Origin: Candidatus Cloacimonadaceae bacterium | GTDB lineage: Bacteria > Cloacimonadota > Cloacimonadia > Cloacimonadales > Cloacimonadaceae | Length of the DNA: 64,000 bases | Assembly (NCBI GenBank): GCA_963667535.2 | Contig: CAXXDU010000002.1 | Span: 655,243 to 719,242 of the forward strand | Direction: 5' to 3' | Shown: positions 45,420 to 56,264 of the stretch, piece by piece | How the letters are laid out: the number at the start of each line of letters is the position of its first letter | Position numbering within the stretch: position 1 is the stretch's first letter | The notes under the pieces: model-generated | What the model saw: the letters and a program-made list of their open reading frames with translations, nothing else | The model's database searches: none | What the model was told of the DNA's origin: nothing | Position numbers and translations under genes: made by a program

Positions 45420-46910
45420 ATGAAAATACTTCTTGTATACCCTCGTTGCCCGGAAACCTTCTGGAGCTTTAAATATGCTCTCAGATTTGTATCAAAGAAA
45501 GCCGGTGGACCACCCCTCGGTCTGCTTACAGTAGCCTCGATACTACCATCTCACTGGGAGAAACGGCTTATCGATATGAACATTTGTCCATTGGCAGATA
45601 ATGATATACAGTGGGCTGATTATGTTTTTATCGGAGCTATGTCAATCCAATACGAGTCAACCAAAGCCGTTTTGAGCAGATGTAAGTCATTAAACATTAA
45701 GACTGTTGCCGGTGGTCCACTCTTTTCTACCAGATATGCAGAATTTACCAATGTCGATCATTTTGTCCTGAATGAAGCAGAAATCACCCTTCCACAATTT
45801 CTGGATGATTTAGCCAAAGGAGAAGCAAAACCGCTTTATCGGACTGACGAATGGGCGGATATAGCCTTGACACCCATTCCAAGCTGGAACCTGATAAACT
45901 CCAGACATTATGCTTCTATGTGTTTGCAGTATTCCAGAGGCTGTCCGCATGATTGCAGTTTTTGTGATATCACAGTCTTGTATGGACGTTCTCCACGCAC
46001 GAAGAGCAAGGAACAAATCATTGCAGAACTGGATAGTTTATACATCTCCGGTTGGCGTGGTCCGGTCTTCTTTGTGGATGATAACTTTATCGGGAATAAA
46101 GCTAAAATCAAGCAAACCATCTTACCTGCCATCATTGACTGGATGGAAGCGCACAAACACCCATTTGTCTTTAATACAGAGTGTACAATCACCCTGGCAG
46201 ATGATGAAGAGCTGATGAATCTGATGGCAAGAGCCGGATTTATCACCGTCTTTGTCGGTATTGAATCTCCCAATGAAGAGAGTCTGGCAGAATGCGGGAA
46301 ACATACCAATACCAATCGTGACCTGCTTGTCTCCATCAGGAAAATTCAAAATCATGGCATTGAGATACAGGGTGGGTTTATTGTAGGTTTTGACAGCGAC
46401 CCTATCAGTATCTTTGACAAGGTAACCAATTTTATCCAGGCAAGCGGTATAGCAACTGCTATGGTCGGCTTGCTTAATGCACCCAATGGAACCAAGCTGT
46501 ATAATGCTCTTAAAAAGGAAGACAGGATTATTAATTCCATGTCCGGGGATAATACAGATTGGTCGATGAATTTTAAGCCGAAAATGAATTATGGTGTTCT
46601 TTTGAAAGGTTATGCAGATATTCTGTCACGTATCTATGCTCCAAAGCACTATTATGCGAGGGTGCAGAACTTTCTGACTGAGTACAAACCCATACAGAAA
46701 CAAAGCCATCTCATCACAAGATATGATATATCTGCCTTTCTAAAATCGATATTTGTGCTGGGAGTAGTCGGCAAAGAACGTTACCATTACTGGAAGCTCT
46801 TTTTCTGGTCAATATTCCGTCATCCCAAACTCTTTCCTCAGGCTATCACATTTGCAATTTATGGCTTTCATTTCCGCAAAGTCATGGAACACTATGTCAG
46901 TTTAATTTGA
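45420..46910 (+). CDS. B12-binding-domain radical SAM protein (class B)
   Basis: N-terminal MKILLVYP...PPLGLLTVASILP (cobalamin-binding-like domain). Radical SAM cluster motif CPHDCSFC (CxxxCxxC). Confidence 0.85.
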   Translation: MKILLVYPRCPETFWSFKYALRFVSKKAGGPPLGLLTVASILPSHWEKRLIDMNICPLADNDIQWADYVFIGAMSIQYESTKAVLSRCKSLNIKTVAGGPLFSTRYAEFTNVDHFVLNEAEITLPQFLDDLAKGEAKPLYRTDEWADIALTPIPSWNLINSRHYASMCLQYSRGCPHDCSFCDITVLYGRSPRTKSKEQIIAELDSLYISGWRGPVFFVDDNFIGNKAKIKQTILPAIIDWMEAHKHPFVFNTECTITLADDEELMNLMARAGFITVFVGIESPNEESLAECGKHTNTNRDLLVSIRKIQNHGIEIQGGFIVGFDSDPISIFDKVTNFIQASGIATAMVGLLNAPNGTKLYNALKKEDRIINSMSGDNTDWSMNFKPKMNYGVLLKGYADILSRIYAPKHYYARVQNFLTEYKPIQKQSHLITRYDISAFLKSIFVLGVVGKERYHYWKLFFWSIFRHPKLFPQAITFAIYGFHFRKVMEHYVSLI

Positions 46911-46991
46911 CAAGTATACTCCTTGTACAAGTCATGATAATAATGAATTTCACTAAGTAGTATAAGTTTGTCTACAAGCAGGGAGCTTACT

Positions 46992-49514
46992 ATGAACGAA
47001 AAACCTTTTACCTTCTGGAGCCTGCCTCAGGCTGAGATTCTGGCTAAACTGGAAACATCAACAAATGGATTATCGCTTGATACAGTCAGGCAAAGACAAA
47101 AACAGAATGCCAAAAACACTCTGAAAAAGACAAAATCACATAGCTCATTAAAACTTTTCATTACGCAGTTTACCAGTCCCATCATACTCATTCTTATTTT
47201 TGCTTCACTGCTCTCAATCATTTTGCATGACCACACAGACGCAATAATAATCCTCACTATCGTTATGGTTAGCGGTCTTTTAGGATTCTTTCAGGAACGG
47301 GGTGCTGCTAATGCTGTTGCAAAGCTGCTTTCGCTGGTACAGGTTCAGGCGTGCGTATTACGAGAGGGTAAAACTTATGATATTCCCGTTGAAGATGTAG
47401 TTCCCGGAGATATTGTTATTCTCGATGCCGGTGACATTATACCGGGAGACAGCCTGATTCTGGAATCCCAGGACCTCTATGTGGATGAAGCTTCTCTGAC
47501 CGGCGAGACTTTTCCTGTAGATAAGTCAGCAGGAGTAATACCTGCCGATACAGTTTTGCTGTCACGTTCCAATGCAGTATGGATGGGAACCCATGTTATC
47601 AGCGGAGATGCTAAAATCCTGGTCATATTTACGGGTAATGAGACAGAATTTGGTAAAGTAAGTGACCGCTTATCTCTCAAGCCTCAGGAAACAGAATTTG
47701 AACGTGGGATACGCAGATTTGGCTACATGCTGATGGAAATCACCATTGTCATCGTCTTTATCATCTTTGCGGTAAACGTCTATCTGCATCGTCCTGTAAT
47801 GGATTCCCTGCTCTTTTCCATGGCTTTGGCAGTAGGGCTTACTCCTCAGTTACTACCTGCAATTATCAGTATCAACCTCTCCCATGGAGCAAGGAATATG
47901 GCAAAGCACAAGGTCATTGTCAAACGTCTTGCGTCCATAGAAAATTTTGGCTCCATGAATGTACTCTGTTCTGATAAGACAGGCACGCTGACTGAAGGGA
48001 CCGTCAAGCTCCAATCCACGCTTGGTGCCACAGGTGAGTCCAGTGACAAGGTATTGCTATACTCTTATCTTAATGCTTCTTTCGAATCTGGATTTACCAA
48101 TCCGATAGACCAGGCTATCCGTGATCACAAAACCCTGGATATCTCCGGTTATCAGAAGTTGAATGAAGTTCCTTATGACTTTATCCGCAGACGGCTGAGT
48201 GTGCTTACTTCGGAAGGGGATAAACGATTAATGATAACCAAAGGAGCTTTGGCAAATATTCTGGAAGTCTGTTCCAGTGCAGAACTGGCTGATGGTAGTC
48301 TGTCCGATATATCAGGCATCAAAGCAGGAATAGATAAGCTTTATACCGAAAACAGCGCTATGGGCTACAGAATATTGGGGGTGGCATACAGATATCTGGA
48401 CAAGGACAAGGATTTCGGCAAAGATAGCGAAACTGATATGACATTTCTCGGATTTCTGGTACTCTTTGACCCGCTAAAAGACAATATTAAAGAGGTTATC
48501 GCAAAACTAAAGAAAACCGGAGTTCATCTAAAAGTTATTACCGGCGATAATCATCTCGTTGCTGCAAAACTAGGTGCGGATGTGGGTTTAACATCTCCTG
48601 TAATTCTAACCGGAAAGGAATTGAATGAGATAAGTACACGCGCTTTACCTATGAGGGCTGCACGTACAAATATCTTTGCTGAAGTGGAACCCAACCAGAA
48701 GGAACGCATCATCCTTGCTCTGCAAAAAGCAGGATATGTGGTGGGCTATATGGGAGATGGCATCAATGATGCTTCAGCTTTACATGTTGCTGATGTGGGA
48801 ATCTCTGTCAATACTGCGGCAGATGTTGCCAAAGAAGCTGCGGATATAGTTCTGTTGGAAAAGGATATTGGCGTGCTTGCCGAAGGCGTGAGTCTGGGTC
48901 GCACCACCTTTGCCAACACTCTGAAATATGTGTTTATGGCAACCAGCGCTAATTTTGGCAATATGTTCAGTATGGCCGGAGCTTCGTTGTTTTTGCCTTT
49001 CCTGCCCCTATTACCCAAACAGGTGCTCTTAACCAATCTGATGACCGATTTTCCCGAAATGAATATAGCAACAGATGCTGTAGATGATGAAATGGTGGCA
49101 GTTCCCAGACGCTGGAATATCAGGTTTATCCGTAAATTCATGATAACCTTCGGGTTAGTAAGCTCAATTTTTGACTATCTCACTTTCGCAGTCCTGCTCT
49201 TTATTTTACATGCCAATCCGGCGGAATTCAGGACAGGTTGGTTTGTGGAATCTGTAATTTCAGCTTCACTGATAGTCCTGGTTATTCGTACCCGCAAGGT
49301 ATTCTTTAGAAGTAAACCGGGTAAAGCCCTGCTCATCGCCACAATCTCGGTTGTTGCTTTAACTCTGATTATACCATTCACTCCTCTGGTCGGTCTGATG
49401 GGATTCGTAGCGCTTCCCATGAAGTTCATGGTGTTTCTTGTAATGATAATTGTGACTTACATAGCCACTACAGAAATTGCCAAACATTTCTTTTACAAAT
49501 ATGTGAAAGATTAG
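46992..49514 (+). CDS. mgtA: P-type cation-transporting ATPase, MgtA-like
   Basis: TGETFPV, phosphorylation site CSDKTGTLTEG, VITGDN and MGDGINDA. The Mg2+-type assignment comes from overall layout only. ATG 46992 after GGGAG is preferred over TTG 46968. Confidence 0.75.
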   Translation: MNEKPFTFWSLPQAEILAKLETSTNGLSLDTVRQRQKQNAKNTLKKTKSHSSLKLFITQFTSPIILILIFASLLSIILHDHTDAIIILTIVMVSGLLGFFQERGAANAVAKLLSLVQVQACVLREGKTYDIPVEDVVPGDIVILDAGDIIPGDSLILESQDLYVDEASLTGETFPVDKSAGVIPADTVLLSRSNAVWMGTHVISGDAKILVIFTGNETEFGKVSDRLSLKPQETEFERGIRRFGYMLMEITIVIVFIIFAVNVYLHRPVMDSLLFSMALAVGLTPQLLPAIISINLSHGARNMAKHKVIVKRLASIENFGSMNVLCSDKTGTLTEGTVKLQSTLGATGESSDKVLLYSYLNASFESGFTNPIDQAIRDHKTLDISGYQKLNEVPYDFIRRRLSVLTSEGDKRLMITKGALANILEVCSSAELADGSLSDISGIKAGIDKLYTENSAMGYRILGVAYRYLDKDKDFGKDSETDMTFLGFLVLFDPLKDNIKEVIAKLKKTGVHLKVITGDNHLVAAKLGADVGLTSPVILTGKELNEISTRALPMRAARTNIFAEVEPNQKERIILALQKAGYVVGYMGDGINDASALHVADVGISVNTAADVAKEAADIVLLEKDIGVLAEGVSLGRTTFANTLKYVFMATSANFGNMFSMAGASLFLPFLPLLPKQVLLTNLMTDFPEMNIATDAVDDEMVAVPRRWNIRFIRKFMITFGLVSSIFDYLTFAVLLFILHANPAEFRTGWFVESVISASLIVLVIRTRKVFFRSKPGKALLIATISVVALTLIIPFTPLVGLMGFVALPMKFMVFLVMIIVTYIATTEIAKHFFYKYVKD

Positions 49515-49573
49515 CAAGTGAGGAAAACTGCGTTCATTCAGATAAATTGCTTATGCTATAATGCTCCAAACTG

Positions 49574-49981
49574 TTATTTTGTATAAAACATGTTCATCAT
49601 ACCGGTCAGGCAATTGGGATTGATTCTGTTTTTATAGATTGAGCCTCTTGCCCATACTGTTACAGTACCGGGTTCTGCGGCATTCAATTCGATATAATAC
49701 AAGACACCGCCGGTACTAAATGACATGCTTTCTTTGATAAAAGCGTGAGCAGGCGAGATTTCCAGCAGGATATACTTACGGTGCATACAGAGCTTTTGTA
49801 CACGATTGATAAATTCTTCTCTGGTCAAAGCTGATTTACCGCTCACTTTCTTCCAGGATTTACGTGCTCCGTAACTACTGGTACGTAAAGTAGAGATTGC
49901 ATAATAAATAGGTATTACAATAATCATGGCGATTATCATAGATACTAACAGATTGATATTTTGGTAATAAAGCATTTTCAC
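49574..49981 (-). CDS. Hypothetical protein with N-terminal TM helix
   Basis: GTG start, 135 aa, no motif. Confidence 0.35.
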   Translation of the reverse strand: MKMLYYQNINLLVSMIIAMIIVIPIYYAISTLRTSSYGARKSWKKVSGKSALTREEFINRVQKLCMHRKYILLEISPAHAFIKESMSFSTGGVLYYIELNAAEPGTVTVWARGSIYKNRINPNCLTGMMNMFYTK

Positions 49982-50180
49982 CTCACAAAGTAACGCTTTG
50001 AAATTTCAACGGTGATGTCAATTAATAATTGATTACGAACTTCTTTTTTAATACTCAAACTCACAAAACATCCACTTATTATCCAAAGGTCATATTACTC
50101 AGCCAAAATTCCTTGTTCATTTATCCGTCATTATTCATTCATTATTCATCTTGCTTTAAGTGCACATAGATTGCTCTTAA

Positions 50181-50224
50181 GACACCCACATGACACCCAC
50201 ATGACACCCCCATGACTCCCAGAT
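50181..50224. repeat. 11-bp tandem repeat x4
   Basis: GACACCCACAT, GACACCCACAT, GACACCCCCAT, GACTCCCAGAT. Confidence 0.85.
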
Positions 50225-50402
50225 GAACATAGGCGAATCATTGGAGTAGCAAAGGCGCAGCACCCACGTATATTATGCACAATCTAAGTTCACTTAAAGA
50301 AAGATTAATAATGGATAAAAGAAGGGGAAACTAATAAGCTAAGGCTAAAAAGCTAAGGGGAATGATTGAATGAGGGATAGAGAAAGAATCAGGAGAAATA
50401 GT

Positions 50403-51761
50403 CTATTCGTGTTCGCTTTCTACGCTGACCAGTATTTTATAGATAAAGGCAAAAGCAAGTCCTGTGGTGAAAAAGTCCGTTAAAGGCAGGGCATAAATCA
50501 TACCATCAAAGCCAAAGAATTTATTCAGCAAGATTATCGCCGGAATGTATACCAATCCCATACGGGAAATGGAGAGGATAAATGAAGCCATGCCTTTGCC
50601 CATTGCCTGCAAAGCGCTGCCAAACTGCATCTGCACTGCCGCAAAGATAATGGCAAAAGTATAGACGCGTAAAATCTGGCTGCCTATGGCAACAACTTCT
50701 GCGTTTTTAATAAAGATAATCATCGTGTATTTGGAAAAAAAGATAAAGAGGACGGTAAACACAGCCGAAAGTCCGAGAGCATAAACAATTGCTGTATTGA
50801 GCACATGTTTCAAACGCAATTTATTACCGGCGCCATAGCTGTAGCCAATCAAAGGTTGTACACCGATAGCCAGCCCGATAAAGATAAAGATGGGAATTGT
50901 AAATACCCGCATTGCCACACCCATGGCAGCAACAGTATTATCGCCATAACCAGAAGCGATATTGTAAGATATGGCATTACCCACGCTCATCATGAACTGA
51001 CTGAGAGAAGAAGGAAAACCTATCTTAAGAATTTCTTTTAAAACATTCCATTTGAGAGAAAGATACTTCAAAGCAGGTGTAGCCAGGCTTTTTCCTCTTA
51101 AGTAAAAAGAAATATAGTAGCATAACGCTACGCCATTACCAATAACAGTAGCAATAGCAGCGCCTCTTACACCCTGATGCATCCAGAGGATAAAGATGGG
51201 GTCGAGAATTATATTTGTTCCTGTCCCCAGCAGCATTCCGATTAAAGAATGTTTAGCAGCGCCTTCCGCCCGCACCATTTGGCTGGTGGTAAAATTTAGC
51301 ATACTGATAATACTGCCGGCAAAGATGATTTTCATATAATCAGAAGCGAAGCCATAAGTATTTGTGCTAGCTCCTGAGGCTTTCAGAATTTCCGGGAGAA
51401 AGATAAATCCCAATACTGTGACCAGAGCTGAGATAATGGCGGTGGAAGACCAGGCAATCGTGGCTGTTACTCTGGCGCCAATATAGTCTTTCTCTCCCAA
51501 AAGGCGGGAGATGTAAGAGGCAGCACCATTACCAAAGATACCTGAGATTGCCATTTGCATCATAAAAATGGGAAGTGTTATCGTGACAGCAGCAACCTGA
51601 TAAGGGTCATTGAGTTTGCCAACAAAGAAAGTATCAGTGAGATTATAGAGTATTTGCACAATCATGCCGAGAATAGTGGGGACTGCAAGTTGCAGAATGG
51701 CTTTTGACGCAGGCATTTCGCCCAGAATATAGAGTCTTTTCTTATCCATTATATACTCCAT
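50403..51761 (-). CDS. MATE-family efflux transporter
   Basis: 452 aa with 12 hydrophobic segments. N-terminal ILQLAVPTILGMIVQILYNLTDTFFVGKL is typical of the MATE family. An alternative start is ATG 51749. Confidence 0.85.
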   Translation of the reverse strand: MEYIMDKKRLYILGEMPASKAILQLAVPTILGMIVQILYNLTDTFFVGKLNDPYQVAAVTITLPIFMMQMAISGIFGNGAASYISRLLGEKDYIGARVTATIAWSSTAIISALVTVLGFIFLPEILKASGASTNTYGFASDYMKIIFAGSIISMLNFTTSQMVRAEGAAKHSLIGMLLGTGTNIILDPIFILWMHQGVRGAAIATVIGNGVALCYYISFYLRGKSLATPALKYLSLKWNVLKEILKIGFPSSLSQFMMSVGNAISYNIASGYGDNTVAAMGVAMRVFTIPIFIFIGLAIGVQPLIGYSYGAGNKLRLKHVLNTAIVYALGLSAVFTVLFIFFSKYTMIIFIKNAEVVAIGSQILRVYTFAIIFAAVQMQFGSALQAMGKGMASFILSISRMGLVYIPAIILLNKFFGFDGMIYALPLTDFFTTGLAFAFIYKILVSVESEHE

Positions 51762-51943
51762 ATCCGGTGTTTGCCATTGGTAGCAATGTTCTTCTCAGTA
51801 TGCTTGAAGATAAGTCCATTAAGATTGTTCCCTGTTACTGTTATTCTTTAGAGTGAGGAATATTTACCACGATTATATGTCAAGCATACTTGCTGTTGTC
51901 TGATTTTACTTGCCAGAAAATTTAAATTCATCCAGAGGTTTTT

Positions 51944-52267
51944 ATGAAAACAAAAAATTCTGATAGTGGAGAGAATATGAAAACTACCTGGATTTTACTG
52001 ATGATATTGATTGTAACATGTCTGCTTTTAACTGCCTGTGCACCCGGTTCAACTGAATTTAAGCCTAAGCCTGCCGGCTTCTTCTGGGGTATCTGGCATG
52101 GCTGGATAGCACCTGTTTCCTTAATCTGGCATCTTTTTAATCCGGCTGTCCGTATTTACGAGACTAATAATAGCGGTGGCTGGTATGACTTAGGGTTTTA
52201 TGGAGCCATTGTTGGCGGTTTTGGCAGTTTCGCTTTTACCAGAAAGAGAAGAAAGTGTGACGATTAG
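51944..52267 (+). CDS. Hypothetical small lipoprotein or membrane protein
   Basis: Lipobox-like LLLTAC. An alternative start is ATG 51977. Confidence 0.45.
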   Translation: MKTKNSDSGENMKTTWILLMILIVTCLLLTACAPGSTEFKPKPAGFFWGIWHGWIAPVSLIWHLFNPAVRIYETNNSGGWYDLGFYGAIVGGFGSFAFTRKRRKCDD

Positions 52268-52282
52268 AGCATAGTATTGTAA

Positions 52283-53542
52283 CTAATCCGCTTTTCCGAT
52301 ATAGTGCCTAACTAAAGTGTAGAGATGGAACACTTCCTCATCAGGCAGACCGGTACCAAATGAATATATTCCTTGTGTGCTTTTAACAGAGATACCCTTG
52401 GCGCGGGAAAGTTTTTGCAGCCATGTAATCCAGACCGGGAGAGAAGCATAAGGAGCGGACAAACCTCCGGCTTTTACTTCTTTATCTTTGTTCAGGGTAG
52501 AATTATTCATAGCAGTAGTTATAGCTGTCTCTCTGGTGCCATAATCAATACCTACAATTTCGGCTTTAGTGATTTGTAGTGTCCTTTTCCAGAATGATGA
52601 AGTGTTTTCGATTGCTATACCTTGAGAATTTACTTTTATTACGGAAGTAATTTTTTTGGAAAGCAAAAAGGCTTTGATAACCTGAATTATTGGTAATAAC
52701 ACAAAGAACAAACCAATAAAACCCATGAAGAACATTGAAACAAATCTTGGAGTATTTGTTCTTTCAAAGAATGAGAACAGTGGAAAACCAAAGAAAAACA
52801 GGATTACTACCGGAATTACCAACACAATCAGATGAAACATAGAGAAGGCCGGTCCGGGAATACCTATTTGCAGAGTGCCATCACTTTCGACAACCTGGCA
52901 TCTCATCACTTCAGGCGGAATGGAAACCTCATCTGTCTTTTCGGTCAGATTGAGTTGTTCTTCCGTAACCGGTTCATCCGGTTTTACCATACTGGCATGA
53001 TCAGTAGTATAATCTTCCAGCGGAATATGCAGGAAATTGGATATTAACGCAGCCTGCCCATAAGACGTACCATAATTGTTGAAGCTACACATTGCAAGCT
53101 CTTTACTGCCATTCTCTGCTTTCAGGGATACGGGATAACTTGCCGGTGTGTCGGAATCTCCCGCAACGTATTTTATCGCTACGATTTTATAACTTTCCAG
53201 ATTATACTCAGCGCCACGCATGGGCTGGAGTAATCCCCAGGCAGTCCAGATGCGTTGTCTGGTTTTATCAATGGTAATCCAGTTACGTCCGAAAACCAAT
53301 CCGGTGCCTACAGCAGTAAAGACTAATCCCATTAAAAACAGGATAACCCAGCCAAACCAGGGTACTTCATTGGCATTGGAGAGCGGCACAATATGCATGG
53401 TGATCAGAAGCATAAAGATTCCGGCAAGAAAAAAAGGAATACCAAAACAACCGATACAACCACCACCCTTCTTAATCTCGAGCTTGTCAGGTGACGTCTG
53501 AAGGAACACAGCTTCATAAGTTTTCTTCATCATATCATTCAT
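52283..53542 (-). CDS. Hypothetical multi-pass membrane protein
   Basis: 419 aa with two pairs of TM helices, each followed by a soluble segment. Confidence 0.5.
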   Translation of the reverse strand: MNDMMKKTYEAVFLQTSPDKLEIKKGGGCIGCFGIPFFLAGIFMLLITMHIVPLSNANEVPWFGWVILFLMGLVFTAVGTGLVFGRNWITIDKTRQRIWTAWGLLQPMRGAEYNLESYKIVAIKYVAGDSDTPASYPVSLKAENGSKELAMCSFNNYGTSYGQAALISNFLHIPLEDYTTDHASMVKPDEPVTEEQLNLTEKTDEVSIPPEVMRCQVVESDGTLQIGIPGPAFSMFHLIVLVIPVVILFFFGFPLFSFFERTNTPRFVSMFFMGFIGLFFVLLPIIQVIKAFLLSKKITSVIKVNSQGIAIENTSSFWKRTLQITKAEIVGIDYGTRETAITTAMNNSTLNKDKEVKAGGLSAPYASLPVWITWLQKLSRAKGISVKSTQGIYSFGTGLPDEEVFHLYTLVRHYIGKAD

Positions 53543-53669
53543 CCCTCTTCACTTTTCAATAATTTCTACATAATCAAGTCTTTGCAGCCTGTCAAATAAA
53601 AATATCAGATATGCAAATCACTTGTCAGAATATTCTCGTGGATAAGATTGACAATATGAGGAAATAGAT

Positions 53670-54626
53670 ATGACTAACAAAAAGATAAAACTGGGTATCA
53701 GCTCGTGTTTACTGGGTAATAAGGTACGTTACGACGGACAGCATAAGTATGATAGTTGGCTGGTGGAAGAGCTGGGACCGTACGTTGAATATGTGCCGGT
53801 ATGTCCTGAAGTGGAATGCGGGTTACCTGTCCCCAGAGAAGCAATGCGCTTAGTTGGTAATCCTGATAACCCCAGACTGCTGACAAATAAAACAGGCATT
53901 GATCATACTGCATCTATGCACTCTTTTTGTGATAAAAAAATCGAGCAGTTGAAACAAGAGAACTTATGCGGGTTTGTGTTTAAGAGCAAATCACCCAGCA
54001 GCGGAATGGAGCGTGTAAAAGTCTATCCTGAAAATGGCGGAGTTTCTCAAAAAAACGGAATCGGCATATTTGCGCGAGAGTTTATGAATGCTTTTCCATT
54101 ATTACCGGTGGAAGAGGAAGGCAGGCTGCATGACCCCATTCTCAGAGAGAACTTTATCGAAAGGATATTTATAGTCCAACGCTGGAATGATTTGGTTCAT
54201 GATAAACCCAGCGCAAAAGATTTACTAAATTTTCACACCAGACATAAACTATTGCTGATGGCTCACAGCCCGGTTCATTATAAAAGTATGGGAAAACTCC
54301 TGGCAATTATTAAACAACTACCGGTTCAGAGCTTAATTACACAATATTATGAACAACTGATGCAGGCAACAAGCAAAACTGCCACCCGCAGCAAACATCA
54401 GAATGTCATGCTGCATATCCTGGGATATTTCAAAAAGGACCTGAGTGCAGAAGAAAAGGCAGAATTGATTGATATTATTGATAAGTATAAAGCTAGTCAC
54501 TATCCTCTAATTGTACCGATAACTCTTCTGAACCACTATGTGCGCAAATACGATAAGCCTTATCTGGCTGAACAATATTACCTTAATCCTCACCCAACTG
54601 AACTGAACCTGAGAAACCATGCCTGA
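53670..54626 (+). CDS. DUF523 plus DUF1722 (YbgA-like) fusion protein
   Basis: KLGISSCLLGNKVRYDGQHKY...VPVCPEVECGLPVPRE (DUF523), with a C-terminal helical half having a DUF1722-like layout. Confidence 0.75.
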   Translation: MTNKKIKLGISSCLLGNKVRYDGQHKYDSWLVEELGPYVEYVPVCPEVECGLPVPREAMRLVGNPDNPRLLTNKTGIDHTASMHSFCDKKIEQLKQENLCGFVFKSKSPSSGMERVKVYPENGGVSQKNGIGIFAREFMNAFPLLPVEEEGRLHDPILRENFIERIFIVQRWNDLVHDKPSAKDLLNFHTRHKLLLMAHSPVHYKSMGKLLAIIKQLPVQSLITQYYEQLMQATSKTATRSKHQNVMLHILGYFKKDLSAEEKAELIDIIDKYKASHYPLIVPITLLNHYVRKYDKPYLAEQYYLNPHPTELNLRNHA

Positions 54627-54633
54627 TGATTAT

Positions 54634-54676
54634 AAAAAAAAGGACTACAACTCCAATCTAATCAGAGCTGTAGTCC
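54634..54676 (-). terminator. Probable terminator for the PadR gene (minus strand)
   Basis: 8-bp stem GGACTACA / TGTAGTCC with a 19-nt loop and an A8 run on the plus strand (U-run on minus). The long loop lowers confidence. Confidence 0.45.
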
Positions 54677-54754
54677 CGATAGGATAACACATTGTTGGGG
54701 CTGATTAAAACTTAACTCTTTGAGCCTTTGTGTCTTTGTGGTAAGAAATTAATT

Positions 54755-55318
54755 TTAACTTGCTTCAATTTCCTTCATGAAATCATCCAGCCAACGTGCT
54801 TCACCTTCCAGCAGATAAATCGGACGACGCGATATACTGAGTGGGTAAATGGAACATTTGGAATTAAGCAGGAAGGTTTCCAAGTCGCGGTATTCCGCAA
54901 TCTTCTTCACAATGTTACGGCGATAATCCCTAAGCATGGCAAGCCTTAGTTCTTTGTCAAAGACATCAAGGTTGTAAAAAGCTATATCTGCCTGCCAGCG
55001 CAAATGCTCAGGTTCCAGCAGGATTTCTGCCAGTTTTTCCCGAAAGGCTGTTTCACCCTGCTCACTGATTGTATAAATCTTACGGGCACGGTTTTCTTCT
55101 GTTAGTTCTGTCTCGCAGGAAACATATTCAGCTTCTTCCAATTTGCGAAGCAATTTGTAAATAGCAGACATTGATAGCTCAGTCCAAAATCTCATATCTC
55201 TGAACTGTACATCTTTCTCAATTTGGTACGGATGCTTGGGACCTTCAGTTAAAAGTCCCAGTAATGCGGCTTCAGCAGATGTAATACTCACGGGTTCCTC
55301 CATGATTTTAGTCAACAA
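54755..55318 (-). CDS. PadR-family transcriptional regulator
   Basis: LLGLLTEGPKHPYQIEKDV...SMSAIYKLLRKLEEAEYV. TTG 55318 or ATG 55303 as start. Confidence 0.85.
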   Translation of the reverse strand: MLTKIMEEPVSITSAEAALLGLLTEGPKHPYQIEKDVQFRDMRFWTELSMSAIYKLLRKLEEAEYVSCETELTEENRARKIYTISEQGETAFREKLAEILLEPEHLRWQADIAFYNLDVFDKELRLAMLRDYRRNIVKKIAEYRDLETFLLNSKCSIYPLSISRRPIYLLEGEARWLDDFMKEIEAS

Positions 55319-55682
55319 CGTTGTTATGTGTACATATTGTATAAATACAATATTGTTGTCAAGGTATTTCTAGTTGCTAATCCTCTTGTTTTGATTAATA
55401 CTCATGAAGAAAGTAGCCGTAATCTCCAGACAGTTATGGCTAATATCATCATTATAAACTCTTTACTATTAGACTAAAAAGAATGAGAAGATCCTGAGAC
55501 TATAAACTGAAGTTCAAATAAGAGATGTATATTTACATCAGTCGGAGATGATTTTATGTTGTATAAATACATCAAATAGTTAAGGTGGGAATCATCCATG
55601 CTAAATCGGATAGAATCATAAAGCACTATCTAATATATTTTAAGCTATGATCTGTGTCATGCTCAAATATATATATACTAAT

Positions 55683-55697
55683 TGGCACATACCTTGC
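55683..55697 (+). promoter_or_regulatory. Sigma-54 (-24/-12) type promoter of pilin-like gene 1
   Basis: TGGCACATACCTTGC matches TGGCAC-N5-TTGC with exact GG-N10-GC spacing, 85 nt upstream of the ATG. Confidence 0.6.
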
Positions 55698-55781
55698 GTT
55701 ATACACCATTTGAAGTTTATATGATGTGTAACACAAAGAAAGAAATTAAAATACCAAAAAGGTAAAAAAAGGAGACTAATC

Positions 55782-56213
55782 ATGGGAACTCAACAAATTC
55801 TTTTAATCGTACTCAGCGTAATCATCGTCGGTGTAGCAATCGCCGTCGGTATCACAATGTTTAGCAACCAAGCTTACAATGGCAACCAACAGGCTGTCGC
55901 CAGTGAGCTTCAGAACTACGGTTCACAAGCAATTCAGTATTACAAGACACCAAAAAGCCAGGGTGGCGCAGGTCAGGATTCACTTGAAGTAACAGTTACC
56001 AAAGTAGCAACCTTCTTAGGTTTCACCGGAGCTAACGATAGTTTAACCTCAGATAACGGCGAATTCCGTGTAACAGGTGTTAGCGGAACAACTGTAACTC
56101 TTAAAGGCAAAGGCGTTGAACTCAAAGCTGCCAAGAATCCACTTGTAACAACCACAATCGCTTTAGCAGCCGGAACAATTACATCATCTGTATCTTCCGG
56201 TACAACATTCTAA
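55782..56213 (+). CDS. Pilin-like protein, paralogue 1 (non-canonical N-terminus)
   Basis: MGTQQILLIVLSVIIVGVAIAVGITMFSNQAYNGNQQAVASELQNY. This is a hydrophobic alpha1-like helix followed by an S/T/G/V-rich region. RBS AGGAG. Linked to GspF/GspE-like genes. Confidence 0.6.
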   Translation: MGTQQILLIVLSVIIVGVAIAVGITMFSNQAYNGNQQAVASELQNYGSQAIQYYKTPKSQGGAGQDSLEVTVTKVATFLGFTGANDSLTSDNGEFRVTGVSGTTVTLKGKGVELKAAKNPLVTTTIALAAGTITSSVSSGTTF

Positions 56214-56230
56214 GCTCATTGATACTCTAT

Positions 56231-56264
56231 ATGGGGAGACAGTAATGTCTCCCCATTTTTTTTT
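56231..56264 (+). terminator. Rho-independent terminator
   Basis: ATGGGGAGACA-GTAA-TGTCTCCCCAT followed by T8. Confidence 0.85.

Noticed and set aside
46911-46991. Mg2+ riboswitch (M-box) upstream of the MgtA-like gene
   Set aside because: The spacer is only about 80 nt, far shorter than an M-box, and shows no obvious multi-helix structure.
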